From positions 15,376,001-15,440,000 of the forward strand of contig OZ076411.1 in the NCBI GenBank assembly GCA_964187785.1: a stretch of 64,000 nt of DNA. The letters are read 5' to 3'. The notes beneath the pieces are model-generated. The model did not search any database and was not told the origin of the DNA. It was given only the letters and a program-made list of their open reading frames with translations. The position numbers were made by a program, and so were the translations under genes. The DNA is from Amphiscolops sp. MND2022. Its lineage: Eukaryota. Position 1 is the stretch's first letter; each line of letters opens with the position of its first letter. Of the stretch, positions 1 to 14,117 are shown in pieces.

Positions 1-284
1 TGAAAGCTTGAGCATGCTTCATTCAATAATTAGCTTAACAGGGAGCTTGTAATAACAACAGGATATTATTGGGGTTTGTTGCACAAGGACTTGTTGTGGA
101 AGGGTATGAGGTTGCTTTTTTCTATTGGTCAAGGACTTCTGAGAAAACGATTTCGCCGAAAACTGAATTTTGGAAAAGTAAAACCATTTTTGTGCAAAAA
201 AAAACATTTTTCTCAGTTTTGAAGACATATTCACTTTTTCTAATGCTTGTGCCATTCAAATCAATCAAAGTACCTATTAAGTGG

Positions 285-451
285 CCAAAAAACCTTTGCT
301 AGAGAATATGGGCTACTGGCGAAAGGAAAAAAAAATTAAAAAGGTAGGCTGCTTTGAAGTACCACTGGCAGTGGTACTTTAAAGCAGCCCACCTTTTTTA
401 ATTTTTTTTCCTTTCGCCAGTAGCCCATATTCTCTAGCACAGGTTTTTTGG
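285..451. repeat. 167-bp near-perfect palindrome (foldback/MITE-like)
   Basis: Arms 285-367 and 369-451 are reverse complements around a single central G (gtaccactg-g-cagtggtac). There are about 3 mismatches plus homopolymer length differences. Confidence 0.9.
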
Positions 452-671
452 GTGCCCAGTGGGTCAATTCTCTAGCCCAGTGGGTCAATTATGGTTAGGG
501 GTGATATTTTTCCCAAATACATTTTCCGAATTTCATAATTTTTCTTGTTTTTGCTCACGTCTGTTGAATAATTTTGTAGTTCCTATGAGTTAATTCGTCA
601 ATTCAATTTTTTGACCGTGCATTCAATTTCAGATTTGCATGTACTTATATGTTGTAATGGTATAATTGCAG

Positions 672-2761
672 AAGCGTCTTGCTCAAGCGTTGCTGCATCA
701 GACGGGATCTTCATCGAGGAAGAGGACATAATCCTCGATGCCAATCACAATGCACCTGCGCTGGAGAGCAGTGGCAGTCTTCCCACTGTGGCTGCTTCTC
801 CCGTCTCTTTCAGAGAAGACATAGCTTGTCAGACAACTGAGCCCCTTCCTCCACATCTCATCTCGGATGGCAAATTGCTCAATGGGTACTACCCCAAGTT
901 CTCTCCCATCCACGCAGACTTCCTCAAAGCTAAATCCTTGGAAGCGTTTCTGCAGGAAAACAACATTCCGCTTTCCGATGGTAAGTTTATGTCGTACACT
1001 TACATTCAAATCATAGGAAATGTTGAGACAAGGAGATGAGTTCATCTTCAACTGTTATATGTCAATTCTACTGAGTTGATTTCTGCGTCGTCGAAATCTG
1101 AATGAAGTGAACTCATCAGAACATCAATTGTATGACTCAGCCTTCCTCCCTCCGGGGTGTTTGACCGCCCCTCCAGACTGGCTTTGTCAAAACAGCCACT
1201 TGGTCGCTTCGCTCCTGGATGTAGGGCTCTATTTGTACAATGGAATTCTAAAAGAATGTAACTTAGTTGCGTAAAATGTCACTTTTCGTTGTCTTGATTG
1301 GAAATTGTGCGAAAACAAACTCATTTGGAATTTTATTTGAAATTTCTACGAGCAGTAGAAAGTGGCAGTACCCAAAGTGGCACCCTTTGGAAGCACCCGA
1401 GATTGCCATCTAGTTAGGTAGGAAGGTGTAGGGAAATTCTGTAGACCTTTCTCTGTGAGGTCTGGAAAAAAGTCACTAAGAGTCGGGCATTTTTTGTTTC
1501 ACAAAATGCGCCGACTAAACACCTTGAGGAAAACTAAAGAGATTTTTCGGTGTGCGGTTTTGTTTCGAAAATAATCCTAGAAAGACCGAGAAAACTTTAA
1601 ATATTTGATTTTTGGCTGTTATCGAGGCCACGTAAACCGATGAGATTTGAAAATTAAAGCCTGATCTCTTAATGAGATTTGAGAATCACTAACTTCACGC
1701 TGCTTAGTCGCATTCTTTTAGAACACCACTGAATGTGAACGGAGTCAATAACAATAGAATAATTTAGATTTTAACGAAGCAGAATTTGGCGTAGGTTTTG
1801 ACCTGACGCCTCCTTTACTTCTATCACCAGATATTGTTTTAAAAAATTATTTACTCGAGTATCATCAGAATTTAGTTACTCCTAACTTTCTGTTTCATAA
1901 ATGGCAGCGTCGAGATTCTCAGTTTGAACTTCAGCCTGAGAGAAAAAGAGCAGACTTTTACATTGACTTATTTTTTTCTTCAGCTCGCTCTGAAGCGTCC
2001 ACTTTCATAACTTCCATGTTCATAGGTTCTCGACGCTCACTGGTTGGACCATTCGGCCCAGTGATTAGCGTGCGTGTCTGTCGAGTAAGAGTTCGTGGGT
2101 TCGAATCCTGAACTGGTCAATTTTTTTCACGCTCGCAAAACTATATGAGATCACAGGGTCACCCCTTTGCGGATTTTTCGGCATTGTGCTACTCTTTTTC
2201 TTCAAAGAGTTAATCTTTCGGTGTTTTCCTGTTTTCACTCGAAAGACAAAGGGTCTCCCTTTGAATTTTTCGGTAGCAACCGTTTTTGAGATTTGTTTTT
2301 CTACAGTTTGAATTTTGAAATATTTTCAGTTGGAAAATAAATTTTCTCAAGGCTGCCTCATTCCGGTGTTTTTGGCACTCTCAATAACTGTCCTCGAGCA
2401 TGCTTGAAAACTTTATTAATTTTCATCCCATATTGGTTTGCCAACTTGGGCCATTAACGGCTTGTTCATCTTTATTTCGGTCTTTGTTTATTCCGCTGTT
2501 TCAAAGGTGCCTTGCTTGCGATCGCTGAATCGGCTACTAGCATCACGGCGTCGAAGAGTTCTGCGCTAGAAATTATTCGGGAAGAGTCTGACCGCAGTGG
2601 CCAGAATGCAAGCAAAGGCGATGAAAAATCAGGTGCTTCAAAGGATGACAACAAGAAAGGGTCCGAGTCAGACGAAAAGTTTCATCACATCGACAGCGAA
2701 GACGATGAAGATGACGCAAAGACACTCAACAGTAATCTGACCATGTCCCAAGAATCAATAG
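672..2761 (+). CDS. Internal exons of an unidentified multi-exon gene (acidic/Ser-rich product)
   Basis: Exon 672-980 (ttgcag acceptor, gtaagt donor at 981, phase 1) splices in frame to exon 2507-2761 (tcaaag acceptor, gtaact donor), giving ...IPLSD-GALLAIAESATS... A possible terminal exon starts at 3463. No family recognised. Confidence 0.55.
2047..2119 (+). pseudogene. Degenerate tRNA-like sequence (tRNA pseudogene or SINE head; GTC in anticodon position)
   Basis: GACCATT...ACTGGTC acceptor stem with 1 mismatch, A-box-like ggcccagtgattagc, B-box GGTTCGAATCC and a downstream T-run. Anticodon and T stems pair poorly. Confidence 0.55.
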
Positions 2762-4821
2762 GTAACTATTTGTTGTAACTATTCACTAGTGGGCCTAGTA
2801 AGTTCAGAAGTCACTTTTTCGGGAAACTGGAAAAGCGTTGATGTTCGATGAGACTTTAGTAGATAGGAAAATTAGCAAGTCAATTGAAATCGGATGGGCG
2901 TTTCAATATGGCACAGCTGATGTTGTCGGAATGCTTCTGTAGATCAATCGCTTTATTAAATGAGCTATAATTAATTTCAAATGCGGCGAGATTTCTCAGA
3001 AACTATCAAATATCTGCTGTTATTATGTTGGAGATTAATAAGACCTTACAATATCATATCTCAATAAGAACGTCAAGATGTTAAATCGTTTCAGTATTTC
3101 TGAAAAAATGATAAGAAAAACCGAATAAAACCCATCATGAATCGCTATGTTTTGTTTCAGAAACGGCTTTTTACTCTCTTAGTCACGCGAGTTCTTACCA
3201 GACGTCTCTGGACTACCTCTCTTCCGAGTGGAACATCTCAGACGCGCTCCGCAAACAGATCTTCATTGCTGAAATTTGATAGAATTACTGGAATGGTTCT
3301 ACCTACTCTTTATACTTCAGTAAACTTGATATGAATGTAAAATTATAGTGTAATATATTGAAACTATTTGTTTTTGTTATCTTTCGAAGTGAGGAGAGTG
3401 GAAAGCAATACTGGGCGCTCATCTATTTTATAACCAGTTCTTGTTTTCTTTGTCCTGCAAAGATCCATCCGTTCTTAGTAGAGAAAATGAACGCAAGAAT
3501 TTCGAAAAAGCTAGTGTCTGCTTTTAATGTTTCCGCGCGAGCCGCGCTCTTTTTCCACACTTCTATCGTCCCGTTTCGCCGTTAATTCTGACAGCAGTGA
3601 TGCATTTGATTAGGTAAATTGAGCGGAGCCTATTGAAAACTGAATTTTTGGAGGCTTGTTCATTTTCCTTGGCAAAAAGCGTGACAGCATTTTTAGTCGG
3701 TGCTTTCTGGTACTAACGAGCAGACTATAGTTGACTATATTCTAGAAACGTACCCAAATTGCCAGACGGAGAATACTTTTTGCGATATTTTTTTTCGGAT
3801 GTATTTCTGCGTAAGCCGGGATTTTATTAACCCGGAATGGAGGTGGAAATTTCTGGATGCATCCAAAAATCTGGTGTTTAAACTTTAAACCGCAATATCT
3901 CCAAAACTATTAGAGTCCGACAAACGATTTATACAGCGTTCGAAAGAGGAGCATCAGGGCTTTCAAATCAATTTTTAAACTGCTGGGCTGGGCTGGGCTT
4001 CGCCGCACTGGCTCCGGACTTTGCGCCAAAACTTTGCACGCGTGGTGTCTCTGGCTGCAGTTCAGCTTGTTTCAAAACATGCTAGGGCCCCTTTGACCTA
4101 ATCTTGTCCCCAGTAGTATAAAGTGGCCAAATACGAAAACAGGAAAATCGGAAATTTTGCCCTATTTTTTCTTTGATTTTTTTGGTCCCGTTTTTCTGAT
4201 TTTGGAGACATCAAGTCAACAATCCGTGAAAATGCGTTCAATTCTATGTTATTTTGTCTGAAAGTCATATTCAAGAGTTTTCTTTACCATACGGTGGGCT
4301 GGTGCCTTTAGAAGTTAGCAGATCTTAAGTGGTTCAAATACGTACCGCGATGATAAATAGGGTTAAAATACCGAGAGCCAGTTTTTTTTTCAAATTTTTC
4401 AGTCTGTATTGAAATTCGAGATTTCTGCAAAGATTGTAGTCCAAGATATTGATACTTTCTGTCGCATTTGAAAATACGCAAAAGTTGAAATTATTCTGAA
4501 AAATCTGTTTGAAATTGGAAAATTTACTTTGGGAAATTTTCGTAGATTGGTTTCATCCTGAAACCTATGTTGCGTTGATGGCTGATTTTCAAATTTTCTT
4601 CTGTTACAAGAACTTCACTAAGCCTCCAAGGTAGATATTTGTCGTAAAAGTGCTGACGTTCTTGGTACTTTGGCTCAATTAGCTAGTTGCACTGTGTGCC
4701 ATGCATCATGTCTCTGGTTCGAATTCTGCCTTGGATCTGAAACTTTTCTATATCTAATTAGGGCTGCATGTTTTAAAACGCGCTTTTTAAACATCCGTAG
4801 CAATAACACTTTCATTGGTTC

Positions 4822-5135
4822 CAGAGTTATGACACCGCGAATTAGCGACCGCGCAAGAATTTTTCATTAGCGGCTCAAATTAGCGGAAACTAATATATTG
4901 TTCAAAATCAAAACTTAGAGTATACACGGGGTTTCAAAAGAAGTTCGAAAATTCCAAATCTTACCTTTGTAAAACCCACACCGTATGAAAAATTCCAGTC
5001 CTTTTTGCAAAAACTAAATTAAGTTGTCATTTAATTTCAAAACATTTAATAGTTTGAAGAAAAACGTTTCAGCGAAATGGCGATTTAAAATTAGCGGTTT
5101 AGGGATTATCGAAAAAAATAGCGGTCAAAACCCTG
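4822..5135. mobile_element. hAT-type MITE
   Basis: Imperfect TIRs CAGAGTTATGACACCGC / GCGGTCAAAACCCTG; 8-bp TSD attggttc / gttggttc (1 mismatch). The interior is homologous to 9972-10250. Confidence 0.7.
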
Positions 5136-8100
5136 GTTGGTTCCGAGCCCAGCATCCATGGAACAATAGTTTCAGCACAATTGGAATGACCCACACGTTG
5201 TTGTGAAATAGACTTTCTCTCGTTGAAGTGCAAAGATTGAGCTTTTTGGCAACGAAGGTTGAATTTTTTGCCGAAAATTTTTCCTAACTAAAATTGTAGA
5301 AAGTGTTTTTTATTTACAAAACATTTAAAACGTCCTTTGTTGTACAAAACGCTTTTTGCAACTGTCTTCAAGTGGAATTGCCAACCGGAATAACTTAAAT
5401 TAATTAGGATGTAACCTATTCGATACGAGCAGTTTTCTGTACAATTTTACCAGAATAGAATGAAAGAAATAGTCTTCCTCGATTTTCTAATATTTTGTGC
5501 ACTTTGTGTAATATTTTTCCTTGTTATTTTTGGTGTAGGTTTACTTTTTTCCGGAAAAATTGCGATTTTCCAAAATGGTCCGCTTTGCGTACCTTAGGAA
5601 TTTACAACCAAATGGTAGCGCTGAGATCCCATTGTTTCACTACATGATTGCCTTCGCGATTAGTGAGAAATGTTTTGAGTTTTGGAGAAAATGAAGAACT
5701 AACTCACTTCGAGTTTTGAACAGTGCGCCAATTTTGGCCATTATTGGCTTGTCTGAATTTTGTCTTCCATTCCTTTTTTTCTCACAGATTGGCTCTTTTG
5801 TGTATACTTTAATATCTGTGGATAGTTTGTTTTCTTTTGAAGAAATTGAGATACATTCGAAAAAGTATTTGGCGGTTTTCTCACCCCAAAGTTTAAATTT
5901 TCCTATTTTACATCCAAATGATCCACCATAGAATTTAACAGCGAAAAGTGAAGCCAAATGAAGGCCCCAAAAATGCCAAAAATGTTCCAACTTTTAAACA
6001 ATTTTCGTGGTTATGAACATCGACAAAAGTCGAAAGTCAAAGTTGGCTACCTTTGCTACTCTCCGGAGTTTTTCCACAGGGGCCTAAGATGAATTTAAAA
6101 CTTTCAATTATTTTAAATTTCTGTACAGGGGTTCTTTGTTGTCTTGTTTTTGTATTGTTTGTTCAATTTATATACAAGACGCCCGCTGAGCAGTGAGATA
6201 TTTTCCGCCTCGAACTGTTCTGAAACTACATAAATTTGAGACTCAAGAATAGCCAATGCTCTGTAAAAATGCTGAGAAGTTCGAAAAAAGAAAGTTTTGA
6301 TTCATCTTTGCCCATTTTTAAAGGAAACTCCTATTTTATTACTTCTGCGATAGCTGGCCAGTTTTCGTGTCGTCGGCACTATGCAACTTACCGAGTAAAA
6401 GAAATTTTTCATTTTTTTCGGAAACAATTTTCGAAAAACATTTTTTGCAGTTTTTAGTTTTTGAGGTTTTCTGTAAAGGAAATAAGTTTCCCGAGTTTTG
6501 AGGGTGACCTCTTTGTTACTTTTGATCATGTGTGATGAGATTTCTTATTGATTGTGGAAAATGACTCATTTCAGTTCTTTTCGGCTCTGTGCGTCTTTCC
6601 GAAATTTTCAATTGGTCGAAGGGTACCTCCTTGATTTCATAGCTGATTTCAGCATGAGAAAGGTAGTTTGTGAGCTGAAACTTGTTTCGCCATCAAAGGT
6701 CTTTACCGAAAAAAAATCAAAAAAATGGCTTTTTGAGATTCCTGTTGAGGAAAGAATGGTCCCCGAGTCTCAGGCGTATTCCTTGGGGCAATTTTTGGCA
6801 ATGGGTGAAAGCTTGAAACTAGGTCATTTGCAAGTTTAGGAAACTTGAGCGGTCCCAGTTTGTTGTAATATTGCGCATAGTTCCACCAGAAGTGTCAAAC
6901 ATTGGAAATATTTTCGAAAACTGTGGGATCAAATTGAGGACCTTTTCTTACATGAATCTACACATGTCTCTTCACAAAAATAAGTCTAGAGGACACCGAT
7001 TTTAGTTGTTATTGAATGCTTAGACCATTCTAACCCACTCTACTAGCTCGAAACATTTTCCTTTGGAAGGTGTACTCGGTATCTAGTGATACTGCTTGGG
7101 GCTTATTGAATGTTTGACAAATAAGGTTGAAATTTACGTTTTCAACTAAAGTTTATGTTGTGCGAATAAACTTAACTGATATCTTTTCGAAACACTACCC
7201 GAAGCTACACGTTTCAACCTTGAGCCTAGGGGTTTTCTGATTGAAGTAAATTTTCGGAAAGTGTCCAAAAGTGCGACTATATTGTCGGAAGTTAAGGAAA
7301 ATCAGAATTTTTGACACCTTTATTGTAAACTCGACAAACTTGTGCCTACTTTTTTCCCAACTTGCGTTTTGAATGACCTATTGTTTCAACGCTCGGGTCA
7401 ATGGAAGCTCTCTATACTACGAGCAGTTTTGTGGTTTGAACAAAAATTAAGAATAATTTGGCAAAAAACGTGCCTTTTTCAGTGGATTTTGGGTGCTCTG
7501 AGGCCAATTCCAACAAAAAATTGCAATGATATTTTTCAAATTGCCTACTGGATACCAAGAGTAGTCCTTGTTGAGCCTTTAAAACTTTTTATGCAAGGTA
7601 GTTGCTCAAAAATTGTACAATAAACTGCCCAAAAATTTTCAAAACTTGAAAATTCTCAATTTTTGCAGTTTTTGGGTCATTCTGAAGAAACTCTGCCATA
7701 AAATATGTAAATTTTTCTTTTTAAAACGTGCTCTGTATCTAGTTGTATCATCTGGAGCTCTTTGAATCTTTTATCTTACCAAAATGTTCCAATCTCAAAT
7801 TAAAATTAACTGAAAATGCCAGTAATCGACAAAAATTTTGACATTTTCAACTTTTTGCGGTCACTTTTGATCCTTTTTTCAACCGAAGCCTGCAAATATT
7901 TCTTTAAAAGCCGACAGAAGTATGAGTTCAATCTTTGTTGAACGTTTACCATCATTCTGATTCCAAAACGATTCACAAAGTAGGCATAGGTTGTATAAAA
8001 ACGAAGATGTTGAATTTTTTTGAACTATTTGGAGTCATTCTGAAGTGTTTTTGAAGCAAAACGCTGAAACGTTCGCTTCAAAAAATGTAATGCATAGCTC

Positions 8101-8299
8101 GTTCTTTCGTTGTTGGTTGTGTTGGAACCTTTGACGAAAAATCTTGGAAATTCAACAAATTGCATCAAAAACGACAAAAACTTCGAATTTTTCGTCAATT
8201 TCAGGATCAATTTGAAGCCTTTCTTTTAGAAATTGAACTTATCCCTTGACGAAAGCTCACAAAAACAACAGTTTCTCCATAGTGTAGGGGTTTTTTCCA

Positions 8300-9480
8300 T
8301 TCTAGTCTACGAAGTCTATCGATAGTTTGACAAAAATTGAACAAAAATGGTGAAAAAAGGAACTTTTGTCTTTTCGATGTCAATTCCAGACAACTTTTAT
8401 TTACAAAACTGCATTTATCTCTCCACTAAACATACTGGATATCCAATTCACTCCTTGTGGACTTCATCTTATATTCCAATTTCCGGAGTCTGTCGAAAAT
8501 TCGGAAAAACTGCATAAAATCTTTGAAAATTGAAACTTTTTGGGTTTTTTTGTCAATTTCATTGTCAAATTTAGACTCTTTTCAATTGAAAAACTATTGT
8601 CTCACCTTTCAAGACTGCTGGACAACGAGTTGCTACCTTGGTGAACGTTTTCAACTTTTCAATTCTCGATGTTTGTCACAATTGTGACAGAAATTGCATA
8701 AAAATTTTAAAAATTGGAAACCTTTAAGTATTTTTGTCATTTTTGTTGCTAATTAGAGATATTTTTCAATTAGAAAACTGCAATAAACTCTTCAAAAAGG
8801 CCTACGCCTACTGTACTAAAAGTCTTTCCTTGCGGACGTTTCTCAACATTCCAATCCACGAAGTTGGTCAAAAATTTGACAAAAATTGTATAAAAGCTGT
8901 GAAAATCGAAAAATTTTGTTTGTCATTTTCTCGGTGTCAATTTGAGACTTTTTTCATTTCATAAACAGCAGTTATCTTTCCGGAAAAGCCTAATGGACAA
9001 CCAATTTGTGCCATGTTGTGCGTTTTGAACATTCTAATCCACGAACTCTGTCGAAAATTTGACAAAAATGGCATTAAAATTTTGAAAAATGTAAAATTTT
9101 TGGTTTTTTGTACCTTTCGGTGACAATTTTAGATATTTTTCATTTAGAAAACAGCCTTTATCTCTTCACAGAACTTTACTGGACAATGAATGTGTGCCAT
9201 TTTGAGCGTTTTCAACATTTTAATCCACGAAGTCTATCAATATTTTCGACAAAAATTGCATAAAAACGTAAAAATCGTAAAATTTTTGGTGTTTTTTTTC
9301 ATTTTTGGTGTCTATTCGAGATCTTTTTCATTTGGAAAACAGCAATTATCTCTCTATAGTAGACTACTGGACAACGATTTCGTGCCTTGTTGAACGTTTT
9401 CGAAATTCTAATTCACGATATCTATTAAAAAATTGCATTGAAACGTAGAAAAATTGGAAATTTTTGCAAATTTTCTCATT
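8300..9480. repeat. Degenerate tandem array, ~185-190 bp period, ~7 copies
   Basis: The motif aatccacgaagtctatcgaaaatttgacaaaaattgcataaaa recurs near 8305, 8475, 8665, 8850, 9035, 9225 and 9410. Confidence 0.7.
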
Positions 9481-9743
9481 TTTGGGTCATTCTGGGGTCC
9501 TTGGGGTCAACTAAAAAAGTCCAGAATTCTCCACAAATACATATCCTACCAAGCTAATTTTATGTGAGTTGAATTCTATGGGTAACACCCATAAAGTTAA
9601 ATTTAGTTTCGGTGAAATTAATTCTTGGCAAATTTTGTAAAAAAAACAGTTTGATTTAAATGTTTTCCTTTCCCATATGAAATATGGGCGGAAAATAATA
9701 AATGAAAGTCTCTTTTCAATGGGGTGTTTTTCAGGATATAGTG

Positions 9744-10745
9744 ATGAGGGGCAAACTGGTAGCAGTGATTGGTGACGAGAACACGTGCACTGGCTTCTTG
9801 CTAGCCGGAGTGGGTGAGACCAGAGCAGCCAAGAGCAACTTCTTCGTCGTCGACCAAGAGACACCCAAAAGTGCCATCGAGGATTGCTTCGTCAAGTTCA
9901 TGGAAGATGAAAATGTAGCCGTCATCGTTATCAACCAAGTTGGTTTCGTTGCTTCAACATTCTCTCTGAACCAGAGTTTCGACACCGCTAATTAGCGAAA
10001 TAGCGACTGCGCGGGAATTATTTTAGCGATTTCAGCGATTCAAATTAGCGGCAAATGATGAAATCTCCAAAATCAAAATTTGCTCAGGATTTGCACGGTG
10101 TTTCATCACAATGAATTTCGAAAATTTCAACTCAATCCTTGTAAAACCCACATAATATGAAAAATTCCGTTCTTTTTTGCAAAAACTAAATTTAGTCATT
10201 GTTCAATTTTAAAATATAATTCAAGTCAAACATCCAATAATTCGAAGGGCGTGTCATAAGGCGACGTCGAAAGATTCAATTGAATGCACCGCAGATTTTA
10301 GAAACTCCAATTGAATTTTTTTAAATAGGGAGTCTTGTTTGTTGAGATTGTTTAAAAAATGTTTTGAATAGTGGACTTGAATCTACTAGCTGACTATGTG
10401 GAGCAAAAGTTCAATATTGACGTATAATAAACCGGCTGTTGTTTTGAAGAAACGAACCATAAAATTTTGTCAAATGGTAAATTGTGCAAAGCATGGAAAA
10501 GGATCTGCCCATTGAAATTGAAACTGCTGTTCAGTCTCTGAGAAAGCTATGCCAGTCATTATTTGTCAGGAATTCATACTGTTTTTCAGAACGTAGCTGA
10601 CGAGATCCGTCACTTGCTGGACGCCAATGACAGACAAACTCCGGCTGTGGTTGAAATTCCGTCCAAAGACAAGCCGTATGACCCTACCAACGATAGTATT
10701 CTACAGAGGGCACAAAAAATGTTCTCAGCCGACGAGCTACGATAG
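9744..10745 (+). CDS. ATP6V1F: V-type proton ATPase subunit F
   Basis: Exons 9744-9938 and 10590-10745 (GT-AG, phase 0), 116 aa. Motifs MRGKLVAVIGDENTCTGFLLAGVG and VEIPSKDKPYDPTNDSILQRA match the family. Confidence 0.97.
9972..10250. mobile_element. Second, more decayed copy of the hAT-type MITE, in the ATP6V1F intron
   Basis: Starts cagagtttcgacaccgc and shares tgtaaaacccaca..atgaaaaattcc..tttttgcaaaaactaaatt with 4822-5135. The right end is approximate. Confidence 0.6.
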
Positions 10746-13700
10746 TGGAATGGACAAAGTGCCACGCTTTTGGGTCGCTTGGCAATATTAATTTATGCAG
10801 TTGCTACAATTAAAGTATAACCAGTTTCACAGCAGTTTATTCCATGGATCATATTTTCTGTATATTTTAGATGATTTATAAAGTGATGAAATAGATTAAA
10901 TATATCAACGCAATTATTTTCTCCCGAGAAGACCAACGAACTTGAACATTGTTCGTTCGAGGCGGGTGTCGTGAGTAAGTTACAGATTGAAGTGGATATG
11001 AAAATTTCTATCCGGTCGGGCCAACAGGACCGGAAATTATCTTCAACTCTAAGCAATGAAAGACTTCAGTATAGGCAATGTGTATGTCAAGAAGTGAAGT
11101 GAATTGCCAGAGTTTTGCTATCACTAAAATAGTTTTTCTGCAAACTTTCCATTTTATCGATTTTCAATGGGCATTTTTGGGAACCAATTAAATCAAGCAG
11201 AACCACAGTACATGTCGAACTCTACCATTTAAACCATGCTCCCATAAACGTTTGAAAAAAAGTCGACAGTTTCAGCGTGAATCACAAACACTTCGTTCGT
11301 TTTTGTATCTTCATGAATTGAACCCAAGACACTGCGATTGAACCTCCGCAAAATTGAAAAGGCTTCTGATTGGTTCGACTTCTCATTCGGCTTCTCATTC
11401 GACTGTGGGAACCAGGTAGAAAAACAATCAGTTACGGATTGTGACTAAAGCTTTTTGTTTTCTGCGATGTGACTGGTTTAAATTTGAAAATCCGTAAGAA
11501 GCTTTCAAAGAAGCATTGTTTCACTGGTGAAAATGCAAAAGGCTGAAGTTAAATTTAGGTGGCATTTTACCGAAATTCATGTTTCTTGAGCATGCGATTT
11601 TCATTCTGCATGCTGAATGTAACGTTGAAAAAAAGGTAATATGGATTGACTTTCGACATTTCAGGGTGTCTATTTCGGTAAATTGTCTCCACAATGGATG
11701 AAAATGCTATTACGTTTCATTATCTAGGTTGTAGGTAAGTCAAAAATGCTAATAAGCTGTTTTAAAAGTTTCCCAAATTTGATGTTGTCCAAACAGTAGT
11801 TGGTTTGTAACTGCTGCCCTGAAACACTTTCTGACGTATCAATTTCAAGTTCCGCTCAAATGTAACCAAACTTCTCATGTCACCGCCGTGTTACGATCTT
11901 ACTGTTTGTACATGAAGTCATTTCAAATGTAGTAGTCCACATTGGTCTCATTTCACCAACTGAATCTAACTTAGATGAATTACGTGAATATCTATCTATA
12001 CGTGAAGCGTTGTAAAATCGAAACACATTTAGTTTTATTGATTCTCCCTCAACTCGTGTTTTTTTCTTCACATTTTTCTCTTTGCACCTAGTCTGACTAT
12101 CCCAGGAGCAAAGGGGACTTTTTCATTGGGATAAAGCATCACGTGTTCAGTAAGTAATCGTTCGTTGAGGGCCTCGTCTGCATTCAAATCAGAAAAATCG
12201 AAAAGTCGTTACGCTAACCTGTGTTTTCCAAATTGAAGATTTTAGTCCAAGATTTGGATACTTTCAATCCAAAATTACAAAACAACATGTCAAAATGATG
12301 ACTGAACTTAATGCAATTTTTGCAGTTGCAGAAAAATACTATGATACCAAAATGATACTCGAGACACTCGATTTGGCTAACGAAATATATCAAAGCGCAA
12401 TGTCTTTTGATGTATTCTTTTTTACAAAAAAATCACGTGCAAAAGTCAGTCAAATTTTGATCAGCATTACAACGGTATTTTTTGTTTCGAAATAGAATCA
12501 AAATCCAAAAAATATACATCTCAAAACAGTTCTGTCGAAACAATATTTTTACGGAGTAAAAATTGAGTAGTGCGCATTTTGTGATCATTTTGTGGTGTAA
12601 ATTTTAAGGAGGGCGTTTCCAGTAGAAGTTAAAATCAAAAGTTAGACATCTGAATCAAACGTACAAAGTTTGTTTGGCAGTTTTTGTTACGAACAGCGGT
12701 TTTTGAGATATTGCTTGATAAATTTTATTGCCCGTTTAGAGCTCAAAAAGACCAGTCATATATATCAAAAACCCAAACTTGTGGAATATTTTCTGAAAAG
12801 TACCATAATGCCAAAAAACCCAACTATGGACTCGTCGACTGATGTAAACAAAGAAATTATAGCACAGCGCGGAAATAGTACATCTGCTTACCAGAGCCCG
12901 TCACCTTAATTCACGGAGTACATCGTACTTCGAATACAGGCCGCGGCTTGTGAGTTTTTTCCGTAGTGATTTTGCAGCCTATAGTCGAAGAAATACGGTA
13001 AGCTATGGCTTTTAGGATAAAATTTCAGCCTTACTGCGGCCTCTAATTGTGGGCGGCCTATATTCGGGGGCGACTTCTATTCGACGAAATACGGTAAGTT
13101 GAAAATAACGTATTCAAAGTCAAAAGTTAAATCTGAATCAAAGGTACAAAGTTTACGCAGGCATTTTTTGTTTTCGAGATACTGCATGATAAATTTCGAA
13201 AATTGCAAGAAGTCAAAAATAAGCTAGGTGTTATAACTTTTATTTGTTCGAATAAAAAATTACCTCTGTATTTCGGATGGCGTTTCTCATGGGATTTTTG
13301 CGTCAATTGAATGTGCAAAAATTTACTGTGATGTGAAATTTTTCATCAAGTGTCTTAAGTTTTTTTTAGTACCCAAAATTATGAATGTGCCCCGAAGGAG
13401 CCAATTTTACTCAGCGCTTTTTTTGTAAGAAAACTTGCTCAACTCTTTTGAAACGTGCTCAAAAAGGGCAAGTTTTTTCTGTGACAATTTCCACTCTGAA
13501 TGGTCCACTTTTTACAATGTAGCAGAACATCCAAAGAGTACTTGGCAAAAAGTATCCAATGCAAAACGGTCGTCTCTTTGAATTTTCCACATTTAACATG
13601 ATCTAGGAAACTACAAGAGTTCCAACGGCTTTCAATGGTTCTTTGTTTTGTTTTCGAGTTCGGAAACGTCCTTTAAGGCTCTATGCTTTTGATCTTTTAC

Positions 13701-14117
13701 AGATCTGAGATTTTTCAGAATTTTCATCAAGATATACTGCTAGCATATTTGAAAAACTTTGCGTAGACTTGGGACGTTCCTGATTTGTTATTTTCTGCCC
13801 ACCAATAATGGGGGAGGAAAATCATAATCTGTGTTACGTTTTTTTCCAAATTTCGCCAAATCTCCACGATCTCCATCCACTTCACTTAGTTACTTGACTA
13901 TTTTAGTTACTTGACTATTTTACTTGTAATTATATTTCTAGTATTTTCTATATTACTAGTAACTATAATAGTGAAGAAACTAAAATAGCTATTGCTCAGT
14001 TGGGGAAGGCGGAAAATATCCCGGTGCTTAGCGGGCGTCTTGTTCATAATAACTTCCGTCGAGCAATCGATCAGAGGCTGATTTTGAATCTTCGGGTGGC
14101 CCCTTTTCAGGGCTGAC

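Noticed and set aside
3600-9500. Many 60-116 aa ORFs, here and at 10793-14100
   Set aside because: AT-rich low-complexity translations overlapping repeats, with no motifs.
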